Translations under genes and position numbers: made by a program | Origin: an uncultured delta proteobacterium | GTDB taxonomy: Bacteria > Myxococcota_A > Polyangia > Polyangiales > B10-G4 | NCBI GenBank assembly: GCA_963727445.1 | Contig: CAVSGI010000020.1 | Location: forward strand, 224,001 to 288,000 | Direction of reading: 5' to 3' | Length of the DNA: 64,000 nt | Shown: positions 63,069 to 64,000 of the stretch, piece after piece | How positions within the stretch are numbered: position 1 is the stretch's first letter | Layout: every line of letters starts with the position of its first letter | Notes under the pieces: generated by a model | Told to the model about the DNA's origin: nothing | The model's database searches: none | The model's input: the letters and a program-made list of their open reading frames with translations, nothing else

Positions 63069-64000
63069 TCAGAAGGCGATGGGGTCCGCGTGGGGCTCGG
63101 GCAGCTGCAGGCTGAGCCGCTCCATCGGGAGGTTCTTCTGCTCGCGGTACGCCGCGTAGTGGGTCAGGACCCGGCGGACGTAGCGGTGGGTCTGGTCGAA
63201 GGGGATCTCCTCGAGGAAGGCGTCGAGGCTCATGTCCTCGTAGTGATCGCGCATCCAGCGCCGCACGTTGTGTGGGCCGCCGTTGTAACTGGCGATGGCG
63301 AGGGGGAGCCTTCCGTCGAAGCGCTCGATCAGCGACGCGAGATACCAGGCGGCGAAGTCCAGGTTGGTCTCGGCGTCGAGGAGGTCGGCGGTGGTGAAGT
63401 CGTCGAAGCCGCGGGCCTCGGCGATGAGGCGACCGGTCCGCGGCATGATCTGCATGAGGCCGACGGCGCCCGCGTAGCTCACGATGCGGCGCTGATAGAC
63501 GCTCTCGACGCGCATCACGGCGAGCAGGAGGTTCGGGTCGAGGCCGTGGCGGCGCGCGACCTCCTCGACGATGGGCTCGTAGGCGCGGGGCCGAGCCGCG
63601 ACCCGGCTCCATCCGGAGAATCCCACCGCCGTCCCCTCGTCGCCGAGCGCGCGAGGTGATGTCGGCCAGGTTCATGCGCGCTTCGTGGTCGAGCTTGCGG
63701 CGCTCGCGGCGGGTCTGCCAGCTGACGAAGTTTCGGGGCCGCTCGGTGCCTCGATAGACCGCTTCGATGCCGGTGCGCCTCAGGCTCCGCCCGGTGGCGT
63801 CACGGTAGGCGAGGTAGGCCTCGTGAAGCTCGTCCGAGGCGCCCTTGGTGTCGCCCAGGCCGAGCAGGATGACGGCGCGCGAGAGCCACGGATAGGCCTC
63901 GCCGTGCTCCTCGGCGATGGGGGCGAGCTGCTCGGCGAGGGCGTCGAGATCGGGCTCCGCGGGCGGAGAGATGGTGCCGTCGTCCTCACGCGTCCCCTCG
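63069..64000 (-). CDS. Lytic transglycosylase (SLT domain), partial and frameshifted
   Basis: MRVES, GAVGLMQIMP, SYNGGP, EEIPF..T..YV; frameshifts around 63630-63800; runs off window. Confidence 0.85.

Overview
GC-rich (visually about 70%) bacterial chromosomal DNA, most consistent with Myxococcota (MYXO-CTERM-like anchors, CdnL/CarD, a Myxococcus-type LexA box, many lipoproteins); the taxonomy is an inference. About 57 genes. Core genes: glmS, cinA-thpR-recA, cdnL, hisIE, prs-rplY-pth-rpsF-rpsR-rplI, dnaB, tkt, nadA, lolA. Accessory genes: a NrfD / Mo-bisPGD oxidoreductase / TorD module next to a persulfide dioxygenase, surface-anchored proteins, a GH15, an M16 peptidase pair and a TerB-PPP phosphatase fusion. 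Many single-base indels break conserved genes (glmS, recA, M16, SLT) and look like long-read consensus errors. No rRNA, tRNA, CRISPR array or transposase was seen. Most notable unannotated signals: (1) a sigma-54 promoter driving a candidate structured sRNA with duplicated pyrimidine modules (11045-11295); (2) two tandem arrays of a 121-126 bp hairpin element with compensatory changes; (3) TANNNT boxes 6-9 nt before the start codon of 14 genes, suggesting pervasive leaderless expression; (4) a LexA box inside thpR upstream of recA; (5) a 163-bp TA-flanked MITE; (6) ribosomal protein S6 with an encoded Asp/Ser tail of about 95 residues.
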